A stretch of DNA of 64,000 nt from Verrucomicrobiota bacterium (GTDB lineage: Bacteria; Verrucomicrobiota; Verrucomicrobiia; Limisphaerales; UBA11358): positions 142,659 to 206,658 of the forward strand of contig JBEKOG010000001.1 in the NCBI GenBank assembly GCA_049522015.1. The letters run 5' to 3'. Shown here piece after piece: positions 14,071 to 23,504 of the stretch. Under the pieces are notes generated by a model that saw nothing but the letters and a program-made list of their open reading frames with translations, was not told the DNA's origin and searched no databases. Numbering within the stretch: the first letter of the stretch is position 1; every line of letters starts with the position of its first letter. The translations under genes and the position numbers were made by a program.

Positions 14071-14399
14071 TTAACCGGGTCAGTGAAAGCTTAAAAAGTA
14101 TAGAAAAAATGACGATTTAACACAACCTTTATTTGGTCAAAAAACCGCCCCAAAACACAATGAATTGTGGCCATGCCGACCGGCTTATGCCGCATATGGG
14201 GGCGTCCCCAAACTGTGACAGTCACTGATTTTGTGAAAAATGACGTTGGATTTTGGCATCGTTTTGCCCTGAATCCGGATAGCAGATTTCATGCTTCAAA
14301 CGAAGCATGGTCGAACCAACAACCTTTGTCTTTTGATCGACTAAACACGTGCGTGTTGCAGTAGTCGAAGTTGGCGCAATGCCTGTAAACAAATAAAAG

Positions 14400-17012
14400 A
14401 TGGGAAAATATAAGCGAAGTATTAGAATTTTAGTCATGACAAATTTAGTGGGATGGGGTTGCCCAAGCCAACGAAGTTTGACGCCATCCCAACTTGGTTG
14501 GTTGAGGCTTTTGCTCTGCGTTTGCACGCTGATGGCAACGCTGACATTAGCAAATGCCGCGCCGATCCTTAATACCGGAAGCCCGGTCAGTTTCTTTACC
14601 AATGTTGCCTCCCGTTTGCTGTCGTCGGAGTTGAATCTCAATTTGACGGGAATCCAAGTTTACCCGACGAACCAGTACACACCTGCCGTCCACCGATTGC
14701 TTCAGGTCACAGCGAACGTTTTCGACGCCTCTACCACCAATTTTTACCCGTCCGTCTTCCGCCCGATTTTCTCCAATGATGGCGCAAATGTTTTTATCAC
14801 CGGCTATGAACCGGTTGTATTAAGCCCCGGCCTCGGGCTCAACGACCCGCACCTCACCCTGCCGATGGATGTTACCACTTTGCCGCTTGGGACCAGCACG
14901 AATAACGTTTATGGCATCCCATGGATCATCGGCGCGAAGAAAGGTTTCCCAAACTTCAATGAATTTTCCATGGAAAGCATCGTGCAGGTTACACGCAGGT
15001 TGGAAATCACACGTCCGAGTATTAACGCGCCGTTAAACGCCTATCAAACCAACCAGATGTATATCCTGAGCATCAGCAATTTGCTCGGTGTTGAATGTTG
15101 GAATTCATACAACTCCAACTACGTGTCGTTGTCCCAGATACAAATTTTGGCGCGGGACAGCCTTTCGATGATGTTGACCAACGAAGAACCCGGCGGTGCC
15201 GCAATGCCGCCTCTCATCTGGATTAATTCACCCTATGTCATGACCAATTCGGTCAGCTTGTCCACGTGGCCGGGATCGGCACCGTGGGTTGTCACCGGGC
15301 GAAACAGGCCGCCGAGTCCAAATGTAAATTCTTTTGCGCTTCCTTTGAATGCCAATGCAATTTTGCTCACCAACTCGGTTTATGTCTATAACACCCATAG
15401 TTTTATTCCTGCTTCGGGTAGCGCCGTCAGCAATTACTTGGATCAGGGCATTACCCCGATGCCGCAATTTGGCTTGTTGACCACCAACCGTTTGCAGGTG
15501 GTGATGCTGGATGGCGATCAGGTCATTGATTATGTCCAGTTTGCCGGGCCAGAGAGCAGCCGGAATTTGAATGCGGAAATTACGGATTATGATCCGGGCA
15601 ATCCGAATATTGGTTTATGGAACACAAACTATTTTGGGGCCGGCGTTTTGCCCAATGTCATCCCGTATGGAGTGGTCAATCAGATCTATTACGCCTTGAA
15701 CCCGCAACAAAATGTAATCTTGCTTACCGCCAACGACGACCGCACTTGGAGAAATCCGCCGGGTGGTGGCACGGTTGGGCAGGAAATTGCTTCCTTAAAC
15801 GCCTTCTTCAATCCTAATCATATGGGTTTTGGTACGGATCCAAATACCGGCAATACTTATTTAGCATCGAACCTGGATTTGTGTGTGCAAGTGCCCTTCG
15901 TAGCTTCACGGACGGCCTACCAATACATTTCGTGGCAGGCCAATGATCCGCTCGTTCACTATCTCGCCAGTGATTTGAATTTCACTGGCACCGAGCCAAG
16001 CGGTCTCCAAACCGGTACTCACCAGTGGAATGATTTAATGGTCAATTTGCCACCCAACAACCTTGGCCAGTTGAATGACCGCTACCAACCTTGGGGTAGA
16101 AGCCTATCCTTCCCAAACGTGGATACGAGTGGTTACAACCTCGCATATAAGGACCCGCTGGTGCGTTGGTCAGACAATTGGAATTTCCCAACGAACGAAC
16201 TCGCAATCTATAATTGGCTTGGTCAAATTCATCGCGGAACGCCGTGGCAGACGATTTATCTGAAAGCATCGGACATTCTAGGCGAAATTCAAAATGGGGC
16301 CAACATTGGGACCAACACTTGGATGAATTGGACGGGAGATTTTGATCCGACCGATGCTGCAGCAATGGCACCTGTGAGAGACCGGCACTTGGTGAGTGTG
16401 CTGGCAGCTTTGCTGAATACCAACGATGTTCGGTCTCTTTTTTCCGTGAATAATTCAAACCCCAACGCTTGGCTGGTTTTGCTCGATGGTCTTACCGCGT
16501 TAACCAACAATCTTCCTGATTCTCTTGGATTAAGCCTTGGAGTCTTTCCACCTCAATTCGGCACGCTCGTCATATCATCGAACTCCCCCCAAGCATCGGC
16601 CATCGTCGATGCCGTTCAATCAGCACGGACCGGCCAGCCGGGACAGTTTTTTCGTGAGGTCGGAAACATCCTGGCAACGCCACAGTTGACCGAACAATCA
16701 CCGTTCCTGAACTGGAACGATGGCGTCCAATCCTCGAACGGCATCAGCGATGAAGCATACGAAATAATTCCTAGCCAACTATTGTCATTGTTGCGCGCGG
16801 ATTCCATCGGTTCGATCGCGACGTTGAATAGCCAGCCAGTTGTGCAGTTTACTGGTTATGATGGCCATGCCTATGCCATTGAAGTTTCCTCAGACCTTTT
16901 AAATTGGGTGAGCATCAGTACTAATTGTCCTGTGAATGGAATATTTGCTTTTACAAATTCAGCAGCATCAAACGCAAATCAACAATTCTATCGTTCCATC
17001 CTGTTGCAATAA
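14400..17012 (+). CDS. Large secreted hypothetical protein (870 aa) with the shared C-terminal ...FYR domain
   Basis: Long ORF with a hydrophobic signal-like segment LLLCVCTLMATLTLANA. The start is uncertain (14400 or the ATG at 14436). Visibly lower GC than its neighbours. The C-terminal ~60 aa align with the C-termini of the 48245 and 59659 proteins. Confidence 0.7.
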   Translation: MGKYKRSIRILVMTNLVGWGCPSQRSLTPSQLGWLRLLLCVCTLMATLTLANAAPILNTGSPVSFFTNVASRLLSSELNLNLTGIQVYPTNQYTPAVHRLLQVTANVFDASTTNFYPSVFRPIFSNDGANVFITGYEPVVLSPGLGLNDPHLTLPMDVTTLPLGTSTNNVYGIPWIIGAKKGFPNFNEFSMESIVQVTRRLEITRPSINAPLNAYQTNQMYILSISNLLGVECWNSYNSNYVSLSQIQILARDSLSMMLTNEEPGGAAMPPLIWINSPYVMTNSVSLSTWPGSAPWVVTGRNRPPSPNVNSFALPLNANAILLTNSVYVYNTHSFIPASGSAVSNYLDQGITPMPQFGLLTTNRLQVVMLDGDQVIDYVQFAGPESSRNLNAEITDYDPGNPNIGLWNTNYFGAGVLPNVIPYGVVNQIYYALNPQQNVILLTANDDRTWRNPPGGGTVGQEIASLNAFFNPNHMGFGTDPNTGNTYLASNLDLCVQVPFVASRTAYQYISWQANDPLVHYLASDLNFTGTEPSGLQTGTHQWNDLMVNLPPNNLGQLNDRYQPWGRSLSFPNVDTSGYNLAYKDPLVRWSDNWNFPTNELAIYNWLGQIHRGTPWQTIYLKASDILGEIQNGANIGTNTWMNWTGDFDPTDAAAMAPVRDRHLVSVLAALLNTNDVRSLFSVNNSNPNAWLVLLDGLTALTNNLPDSLGLSLGVFPPQFGTLVISSNSPQASAIVDAVQSARTGQPGQFFREVGNILATPQLTEQSPFLNWNDGVQSSNGISDEAYEIIPSQLLSLLRADSIGSIATLNSQPVVQFTGYDGHAYAIEVSSDLLNWVSISTNCPVNGIFAFTNSAASNANQQFYRSILLQ

Positions 17013-17194
17013 CAACGGAGCTACGTCATTGCCGCGATTTGGCGGACTGCTGGTGAGCGTTTTTGTCGTTGAAGTGGTCGAAAAATTCAAAAATTACAGC
17101 GTCAGCGTGACAAGCAACGTTGAAGATGGAGTGACTGTTATGTTTCGGTCAAATCCAACTCGCTTTTTTCGGAGGCGAACCGTAATTTCCCCGG

Positions 17195-20100
17195 ATGGCT
17201 TTGACTGAAAATCTGACCGCTTCTCCCGACCGGTTTGTCCGCCGCCACATCGGCCCGCGTCCCGCCGATGCCGGCGAAATGCTCAAGCAACTTGGCTACG
17301 CGAGCCTTGACGCGATGATTGACGCCGCCGTTCCCAAACCGATTCGACTCGCCCGTCCGCTTCAATTGCCCGCCGCGCGCAACGAACATGAGGCCCTCGC
17401 CGCGCTGAAGGAAATCGCGTCGCAAAACCAGGTCTGCCGCTCGTTCATCGGCATGGGCTATTACGATTGCATCACACCGGCGGTGATTCAGCGCAACGTT
17501 TTGGAAAACCCCGGCTGGTACACGCAATACACGCCTTATCAGGCCGAAATTTCCCAGGGTCGCCTCGAAGCGCTCCTGAATTTTCAAACGATGGTTGCCG
17601 ATCTCACCGCGCTCGACATCGCGAACGCTTCGCTCCTCGACGAAGCCACCGCCTGCGCCGAGGCGATGACGATGTGCCACCGGCTCAAGGATGGACGGAA
17701 TATTTTCTTCGTCTCCGAAACCTGCCATCCGCAGAACATCGAAGTCATCCAGACCCGCGCGAAGGCGCTCGGCATCGAAATTGTCGTTGGCAGCCACGAA
17801 CATTTTTCGTTCACCGAAAAGGTTTTCGGGGCGCTGGTGCAATATCCCGACACGTTCGGCGCGATTCACGATTACTCTGGTTTCGCGGAAAAAGCCCACA
17901 CCGCCGGCGCGCTGCTCACCGTGGCCACGGATTTGCTCGCGCTTACGCTCATCAAGCCGCCCGGTGAATTCGGCGCGGACATCGCCATCGGCAGCGCGCA
18001 ACGCTTCGGCGTGCCGCTGGGTTATGGCGGCCCGCACGCCGCGTTCTTCGCCACGCGTGACGAATTCAAACGCCAGATGCCCGGCCGCCTCGTCGGCGTC
18101 TCCAAGGATTCCCGCGGCAAACCCGCGATGCGCCTCGCGCTCGGCACGCGCGAACAGCACATCCGCCGTGAAAAAGCCACCAGCAACATCTGCACCGCGC
18201 AGGCGTTGCTGGCGAACATGGCGTCGCTCTATGCCGTTTATCACGGGCCGGACGGCTTGAAGAAAATCGCGGAGCGGATTCACAAGCTGACTGGAATTCT
18301 CGCCGCCGGTTTGGAAAAACTGGGCTTTAACGTGCTGCCGACATCTTGTCGGCAGAGCCATTTAAAAAATCAGAACTGCCGGCAGGATGCCGGCAGCACG
18401 TTCTTTGACACGCTCACCATCTGCCTCGGTGACAAGTCTGCTGCCGACATTGTCAAAATTGCCGAAGCGCACCGGATGAATTTCCGCGAAATTGATGACC
18501 ACACACTCGGCATCTCACTCGATGAAACGACCAGTGAAAGCGATGTGGTTGAAATCTGGCAGGTTTTCAAAGGTGACAAGGCCATAGGTTTCACGCTGGC
18601 GGACGTAGCGCAGGCATTCTTGCCTGCGGGTTCTGGCGACTTTCCAGTCGCCAGTTCAAAAAAATCCGGACAAGAATGTCCGGAGAACCGGCAGACAGGA
18701 ATGTCTGCCCTACACGTCCGCACTTCGCCGTTCCTGACTCACAAAGTTTTTAATTCGTACCACTCTGAGACCGAAATGCTCCGCTACATCAAGCGGCTGG
18801 AATCGCGCGACCTGTCGCTGACCGCCTCGATGATTCCGCTCGGTTCCTGCACAATGAAGCTGAACGCCGCGGCGGAGATGCTTACCATTTCGTGGCCGGA
18901 GTTTGCCAAGCTTCATCCCTTCGCGCCGTTGAAACAAGCGCGCGGCTACCAAATCCTTTTCCAAAACCTCGAAGATTGGCTCGCGGAAATCACCGGTTTT
19001 GCGGGAATCTCATTGCAGCCCAACGCCGGTTCCCAGGGCGAATACGCCGGCCAGCTCGTCATCCGCGCTTATCACGAAAGCCGGGGCGAAGCGCACCGCA
19101 ATGTCTGCCTCATCCCGACCTCCGCGCACGGCACGAATCCCGCCAGCGCCGTCATGGCCGGGCTGAAAGTCGTTGCCGTCGCCTGCGACAAGGACGGCAA
19201 CATTGACGTGGCCGATTTGCGCGCCAAGGCCGAGGCGCATAAAAAAGACCTTGCCTGCCTGATGGTCACCTATCCGTCCACGCACGGCGTGTTCGAGGAA
19301 ACGATCCGGGAGATTTGCGAAATCGTCCACGCCGACGGAGGACAGGTCTATATGGATGGCGCGAACATGAACGCGCAAGTCGGCCTGTGCCGGCCGGCGG
19401 ACATTGGCGCGGACGTGTGCCATTTGAACCTGCACAAAACGTTTTCCATTCCGCACGGCGGCGGCGGACCGGGAGTGGGCCCAATCGGCGTGGCCAAACA
19501 TCTTGTGCCGTTCCTGCCGGGACATCCGGTTGTTACGCCTTCATGTCACCCGTCACCTGTCACCTGTCACTCTGCCATCGGCCCGGTTGCCGCCGCGCCG
19601 TGGGGCAGCGCAGGCATCCTGCCGATTTCGTGGATGTATATCGCCATGATGGGGGCGGACGGCCTGACCGAAGCCACCAAGTTCGCCATCCTGAACGCAA
19701 ACTACATCGCCAAACGGCTGGAGAATTATTTCCCGACGTTGTATCGTGGCCACGGCAACCTGGTCGCGCATGAGTGCATCCTTGATTTGCGCCGGTTCAA
19801 GAGCGTCACCGCCGATGACGTGGCCAAGCGGCTGATGGATTACGGCTTTCATGCGCCGACTCTGTCGTGGCCCGTGGCTGGCACGCTCATGGTCGAGCCG
19901 ACGGAAAGCGAATCGAAGTTCGAACTGGATCGTTTCTGCGACGCGATGATTTCCATTCACGCCGAGATGACCGCCATCGAATCCGGCACGGCGGACCGGC
20001 AGAACAACCTGCTGAAGAACGCGCCACATACGGCGGATATGATTGCGGCGGACAATTGGGACCGGCCTTACCCGCGCGAGTCGGCGGCGTTTCCGGTGCC

Positions 20101-20209
20101 GGGTCTGCGCGAATACAAATTCTGGCCCGCCGTCGGCCGCGTGGACAACGTCTTTGGCGACCGCAATCCGGTTTGCACGTGCGCGGGGATGGACACTTAC
20201 GTTTCTTGA
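17195..20209 (+). CDS. gcvP: Glycine dehydrogenase (decarboxylating), single-chain P protein, carrying three in-frame repeat insertions
   Basis: 1004 aa with [33 protein letters not shown], the PLP-lysine context [18 protein letters not shown], and [17 protein letters not shown]. Confidence 0.95.
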   Translation: MALTENLTASPDRFVRRHIGPRPADAGEMLKQLGYASLDAMIDAAVPKPIRLARPLQLPAARNEHEALAALKEIASQNQVCRSFIGMGYYDCITPAVIQRNVLENPGWYTQYTPYQAEISQGRLEALLNFQTMVADLTALDIANASLLDEATACAEAMTMCHRLKDGRNIFFVSETCHPQNIEVIQTRAKALGIEIVVGSHEHFSFTEKVFGALVQYPDTFGAIHDYSGFAEKAHTAGALLTVATDLLALTLIKPPGEFGADIAIGSAQRFGVPLGYGGPHAAFFATRDEFKRQMPGRLVGVSKDSRGKPAMRLALGTREQHIRREKATSNICTAQALLANMASLYAVYHGPDGLKKIAERIHKLTGILAAGLEKLGFNVLPTSCRQSHLKNQNCRQDAGSTFFDTLTICLGDKSAADIVKIAEAHRMNFREIDDHTLGISLDETTSESDVVEIWQVFKGDKAIGFTLADVAQAFLPAGSGDFPVASSKKSGQECPENRQTGMSALHVRTSPFLTHKVFNSYHSETEMLRYIKRLESRDLSLTASMIPLGSCTMKLNAAAEMLTISWPEFAKLHPFAPLKQARGYQILFQNLEDWLAEITGFAGISLQPNAGSQGEYAGQLVIRAYHESRGEAHRNVCLIPTSAHGTNPASAVMAGLKVVAVACDKDGNIDVADLRAKAEAHKKDLACLMVTYPSTHGVFEETIREICEIVHADGGQVYMDGANMNAQVGLCRPADIGADVCHLNLHKTFSIPHGGGGPGVGPIGVAKHLVPFLPGHPVVTPSCHPSPVTCHSAIGPVAAAPWGSAGILPISWMYIAMMGADGLTEATKFAILNANYIAKRLENYFPTLYRGHGNLVAHECILDLRRFKSVTADDVAKRLMDYGFHAPTLSWPVAGTLMVEPTESESKFELDRFCDAMISIHAEMTAIESGTADRQNNLLKNAPHTADMIAADNWDRPYPRESAAFPVPGLREYKFWPAVGRVDNVFGDRNPVCTCAGMDTYVS
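18335..18400 (+). repeat. 66-nt double-hairpin element inserted in frame in gcvP
   Basis: ctgccgacatcttgtcggcag...ctgccggcaggatgccggcag, flanked by the inverted pair aacgtg / cacgtt. It encodes [22 protein letters not shown] between LGFNV and FFDTLTI, which are contiguous in GcvP proteins I recall. Confidence 0.75.
18610..18713 (+). repeat. Four consecutive short hairpins in frame in the gcvP inter-domain linker
   Basis: gcaggcattcttgcctgc, ggcgactttccagtcgcc, ccggacaagaatgtccgg and ggcagacaggaatgtctgcc, followed by ctacacg. Each has a 6-8 bp stem and a 4-6 nt loop. Confidence 0.75.
19545..19570 (+). repeat. Heptamer tandem repeat (gtcaccY x3.5) in frame in gcvP
   Basis: gtcacccgtcacctgtcacctgtcac encodes CHPSPVTCH, just upstream of the conserved [14 protein letters not shown] block. 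Confidence 0.8.
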
Positions 20210-20226
20210 TGTAAACTTTCGGCGAC

Positions 20227-20670
20227 ATGAAAATCACCGAAGCGCTTTTGGCGGAACACGTCGTGTTCCACAACATTTTCGACCACATCGAACGCGTCCT
20301 GCCAAAACTGAAAACGCTGGCCGAGGTGAAAGGATGGGCTGAATTGATGGAAGTGCTGCTGCTCGCCCACGGCAAGGCTGAGGAGGATTTGGTGTTCGCT
20401 CCGCTGAATCACTACTTGGAACAAATTGGTCAGAGCGACAGTTTTGAACACGAACACCGCGAAATAGACAACAGCCTGCTGCGGGTGAAGACCGCCAAGC
20501 GGTTGCCCGAAGCGCGACAGTTGTTGCTGCAGGCCGTGACCGCATCGCGCAAACACTTCGACCGCGAGGAACGGATTGTGTTTCCGCTGGCCGAGCAGGT
20601 GATGAAAGACGAAACGCTGGCTGAACTGGGCAAAACCTGGATGAAGCAAAGGGACGCGAAGCCGGTTTGA
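20227..20670 (+). CDS. Hemerythrin-like (HHE cation-binding) domain protein
   Basis: Spaced His/Glu motifs EHVVFHNIFDHIE, HGKAEEDLVF, EHEHREID and HFDREERIVFP. Confidence 0.75.
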   Translation: MKITEALLAEHVVFHNIFDHIERVLPKLKTLAEVKGWAELMEVLLLAHGKAEEDLVFAPLNHYLEQIGQSDSFEHEHREIDNSLLRVKTAKRLPEARQLLLQAVTASRKHFDREERIVFPLAEQVMKDETLAELGKTWMKQRDAKPV

Positions 20671-20703
20671 AGCCGGAGAAGCAGGACCGGCTGCCAGCCT
20701 GTC

Positions 20704-21543
20704 CTACGTTGACAACGCGGCGTTTACACCGGCGATGAGCGAGTTGACGCGGGTGGTCAACGGAAAATCCGACGGCGCTTCGAGGGTGTAGGACAATCGT
20801 GTTTTGTTGACGATCAAATAAAACGCCTCGGCCCATTGCGGTCGAGTGTGCGGATCAAGGTTTGGACGGATAATGCCGCCCCGGGCCGGGCGGTCTTCGA
20901 TGATTTCAGATGGGTCAATCGGGCAGATTTCCGCGATGCGCGCAATCATGGCTTCGGCCAGCGATGGCCGGTTTTCCGGATTCAATTCGTAAACGTAAAA
21001 ACCGTGCGATTCCCAATCTTCGTGCAGGCAGAGGCAGAGGTCGAACTGCGGCTGGCGCTGAAGCCACGCGATGTGCGCGCGGACTTCGGTCGTCTCCAGG
21101 TGCCGGTAATCGCGGTTCAAATCCCTGCCGTCGGCGTTCTCGCGCCGGTTCAAAACGAAGCCTATCGGATTCAGGCACGGGCAAAACCAAAGTTCCACGT
21201 TCGCCGGCCATTGGTTTTCCTGAAGCAGGCGCAACGCGGCGAGCGGCCCGGCAGGCTCGTCGCCATGGATGCCGGTGCTTAGATAAATCTTGGTTGAGGG
21301 TTGAGCCGTCTCCGCTTCGCTTCCGTCTTCGCACTGCTTCGCCGAGACAAGTCGCCGCGCCAAGGGGTTGAGAGTTGAGAGTGGCTGGCGATGGAGGACG
21401 AGCAGGTTGAAATCGCCCTGCCTCCCAAACGGCTCGGAGGTCCAGCCGTGTTGTTGCGCGGCGGTTTCGATTTCGCGCAGGACAGCGCGGATGTCAATCG
21501 TCTCGCCATGGTAGCCACCGTGATTTTTGCCAAGCCTCTCCAT
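20704..21543 (-). CDS. M14-family zinc carboxypeptidase-like protein (DUF2817 / AstE-AspA-like), with an in-frame repeat insertion
   Basis: GIHGDEPAG (zinc His/Glu), NPIGF, RENADGRDLNRDY and LCLHEDWES. Confidence 0.75.
   Translation of the reverse strand: MERLGKNHGGYHGETIDIRAVLREIETAAQQHGWTSEPFGRQGDFNLLVLHRQPLSTLNPLARRLVSAKQCEDGSEAETAQPSTKIYLSTGIHGDEPAGPLAALRLLQENQWPANVELWFCPCLNPIGFVLNRRENADGRDLNRDYRHLETTEVRAHIAWLQRQPQFDLCLCLHEDWESHGFYVYELNPENRPSLAEAMIARIAEICPIDPSEIIEDRPARGGIIRPNLDPHTRPQWAEAFYLIVNKTRLSYTLEAPSDFPLTTRVNSLIAGVNAALST
21290..21384 (-). repeat. In-frame repeat element inside the M14 peptidase gene, same family as 1323-1389
   Basis: In gene sense it reads ctcaactctcaaccccttggcgcggcga...gagacggctcaaccctcaaccaa. 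It encodes LSTLNPLARRLVSAKQCEDGSEAETAQPST just before the GIHGDE strand, and is read in a different frame than the GT9 copy. Confidence 0.7.
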
Positions 21544-21625
21544 GATTTACGATTTACGATATACGAATTACGAGTCAAACGCCAATAATCGCGTCAATCG
21601 TAAATCGCAAATCGTAAATTCATCC
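21544..21625. repeat. Hairpin built from heptamer repeats (gatttac / cgtaaat arms) between the bioB stop and the M14 start
   Basis: gatttacgatttacgatatacgaattacgag ... caatcgtaaatcgcaaatcgtaaattcatc. The two arms are imperfect reverse complements. The M14 ATG (21543) directly abuts the element. Confidence 0.8.
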
Positions 21626-21630
21626 GACTA

Positions 21631-22728
21631 TCAAGAAGTTGCACAAGTTGCTTCGATCTCCTGTTCACAATCACACGCTTCCTGATCGGAAAAACCATGG
21701 TTGTCCCAGTTCGGGTCGAGGCCGAGGTCTTTGAGCATCTGTAGATCTTTTTCGACGGGTTGATTGAGCGTGGTGAGGTAATTGCCAACCATGAGCGCGC
21801 TGGCGCCGGCCATGAAAATCAGGCTTTGCGCGTCGCGCAGGTTCACCGTGCGGCCACCGGCGATCATGATTTCCTGTCGCGGCAAAATGAACCGGAAGCA
21901 GGCGATGGTTTTCAAAATTTCCATGACCGAAAGCGGCTCATTTTTTTCAAATGGCGTGCCCTTGATGGGGTTGAGAATGTTGATGGGGACAACTTTCGCG
22001 CCAATTTCCTTGAGCGAAAACGCGAGGTCGCAGCGGTCTTCGCGCGTCTCGCCCATGCCGATGATGCCGCCGGAACAAATCTTGATGCCGGCTTTTTTCA
22101 AATGGCCGATGGTCTCAAGGCGGTCATCGTAGGTGTGCGTCGTGCAGGTCTGCGGGAAAAAGCGGCGCGAACTTTCGAGGTTGTGGCCGTAACACTCGAC
22201 GCCGGCTTCCTTGAGCCGGTCGGCCACGCGCTGGCTTTTGATGATGCCGAGCGAGACGTCGGGACGCGTTTTGCCGCCGGCTTTCAACTCGCGCACACGA
22301 GCGCAAACCTCATCGAGCACCGGGCCTTCATTGAGACCTTTCCACGCGGCGACGATCCCGACGGCGGTGACACCATTTTTGCTGGCTTCATCCGCGGCTT
22401 CGGCAACGGGTTCGGGATCCACAAAACCGTATTTGGGCGAGCCGGTCTGGTAAAACGACGATTGCGCGCAAAAACTGCAATTTTCCGAGCACGCGCCGGC
22501 CTTGGCGTTGACGATGGAACAGAGGTGAATTTTGTTGCCCTTGAAATGTTCGCGGATGCGATTGGCCCAGGCCAGCAGATCGAAAATATCAGCGGAGTTT
22601 TCGAGATTAAACAGCCCCAGCGCCTCGCCGCGGTTGATTTGCCCGCCGCGCAAAACCCCTTCGCCGAGTCCGACAATCCCCGGGCGGTTGTTTGCGTCAA
22701 GCTGTCTCGCCGTCATGGTTGACAGCAT
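21631..22728 (-). CDS. bioB: Biotin synthase (radical SAM)
   Basis: CxxxCxxC cluster CSENCSFCAQS, YGHNLES and IICSGGIIGMGE, with a short acidic Cys-containing C-terminal tail. Confidence 0.92.
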   Translation of the reverse strand: MLSTMTARQLDANNRPGIVGLGEGVLRGGQINRGEALGLFNLENSADIFDLLAWANRIREHFKGNKIHLCSIVNAKAGACSENCSFCAQSSFYQTGSPKYGFVDPEPVAEAADEASKNGVTAVGIVAAWKGLNEGPVLDEVCARVRELKAGGKTRPDVSLGIIKSQRVADRLKEAGVECYGHNLESSRRFFPQTCTTHTYDDRLETIGHLKKAGIKICSGGIIGMGETREDRCDLAFSLKEIGAKVVPINILNPIKGTPFEKNEPLSVMEILKTIACFRFILPRQEIMIAGGRTVNLRDAQSLIFMAGASALMVGNYLTTLNQPVEKDLQMLKDLGLDPNWDNHGFSDQEACDCEQEIEATCATS

Positions 22729-22806
22729 ACTGCGCGCATCGAATTCCGCAAGTGGCGTTTGGCGGCTGGGTGGACCCGGCCCGAAAACGGCGGTGAAGGC
22801 AGGGTT

Positions 22807-23379
22807 TTATTCGATCAGCTTGCCGATGATGTTGTGGCGCGGGACCGCCCCGAAAGTGCGGCTGTCGGTGCTGTTGTTGCGATTGTCGCCCAGGACGAAG
22901 AATTTGTCATTGCCGATGATCGTGAACTCGCTCACATTCCTTTCGTAGGCATAGGTTGGTGTATTGGCCAGGAGATAAGGTTCACTCAACAGCTTGCCAT
23001 TGACGTAAACCCTGCCGTCTTTGAGATAGACCGATTGTCCCGGCATGGCGATGATGCGTTTGACCTCGAGCATATTATCGCGCGGGTCTTTCAGGGCGAC
23101 GATGTCGTTTTGTCGCGGCTCGCTGATGACATAGGAGAACCGGTTCAGCCAATAATGTCCCGAGTCGGTCAGGGTGGGATACATGCTGGAGCCTACCACC
23201 TGAACGGATTGGACGATATAGCGGGTGATCAACAGATAGCTCAATGTTCCCAAGACGGCCAAGATTATCAGAGTCCAGCATTGCTGTAAAAGCCATGACC
23301 ACGATATCTGGAAGACATAACCCTTGACAAAATAAAGCCTTGGAATGGCTTGTGATCGGAATTGCGCTGAAACAGCCAT
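22807..23379 (-). CDS. lepB: Signal peptidase I
   Basis: Membrane anchor followed by the VVGSSMYPTL (catalytic Ser) and GDNRNNSTDSR boxes. Confidence 0.88.
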   Translation of the reverse strand: MAVSAQFRSQAIPRLYFVKGYVFQISWSWLLQQCWTLIILAVLGTLSYLLITRYIVQSVQVVGSSMYPTLTDSGHYWLNRFSYVISEPRQNDIVALKDPRDNMLEVKRIIAMPGQSVYLKDGRVYVNGKLLSEPYLLANTPTYAYERNVSEFTIIGNDKFFVLGDNRNNSTDSRTFGAVPRHNIIGKLIE

Positions 23380-23504
23380 AGCCTTCCTTTCTACATTTTA
23401 CATCATAAAAACTGATTTTTGGCAACGAACTGTCCAGAATATAGACAATAATGTCCAACTTGGCAACACAAAAAATCAAATTTCCCGCTGGAATCCGAGT
23501 TTAG

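Noticed and set aside
17013-17194. Possible glycine riboswitch upstream of gcvP.
   Set aside because: I could not find the conserved GGAGAG...CACCG / CUCUGGAGAG...ACCGAAGGGGCAA-type cores in the 180-nt spacer. An Infernal scan would be the definitive test.
18610-18713. Regularly spaced hairpins (here and at 14-220) as a possible CRISPR array.
   Set aside because: The stems differ from one another rather than being a repeated unit. The spacing is only a few nucleotides, there are no spacer-sized unique segments, and no cas genes are present.
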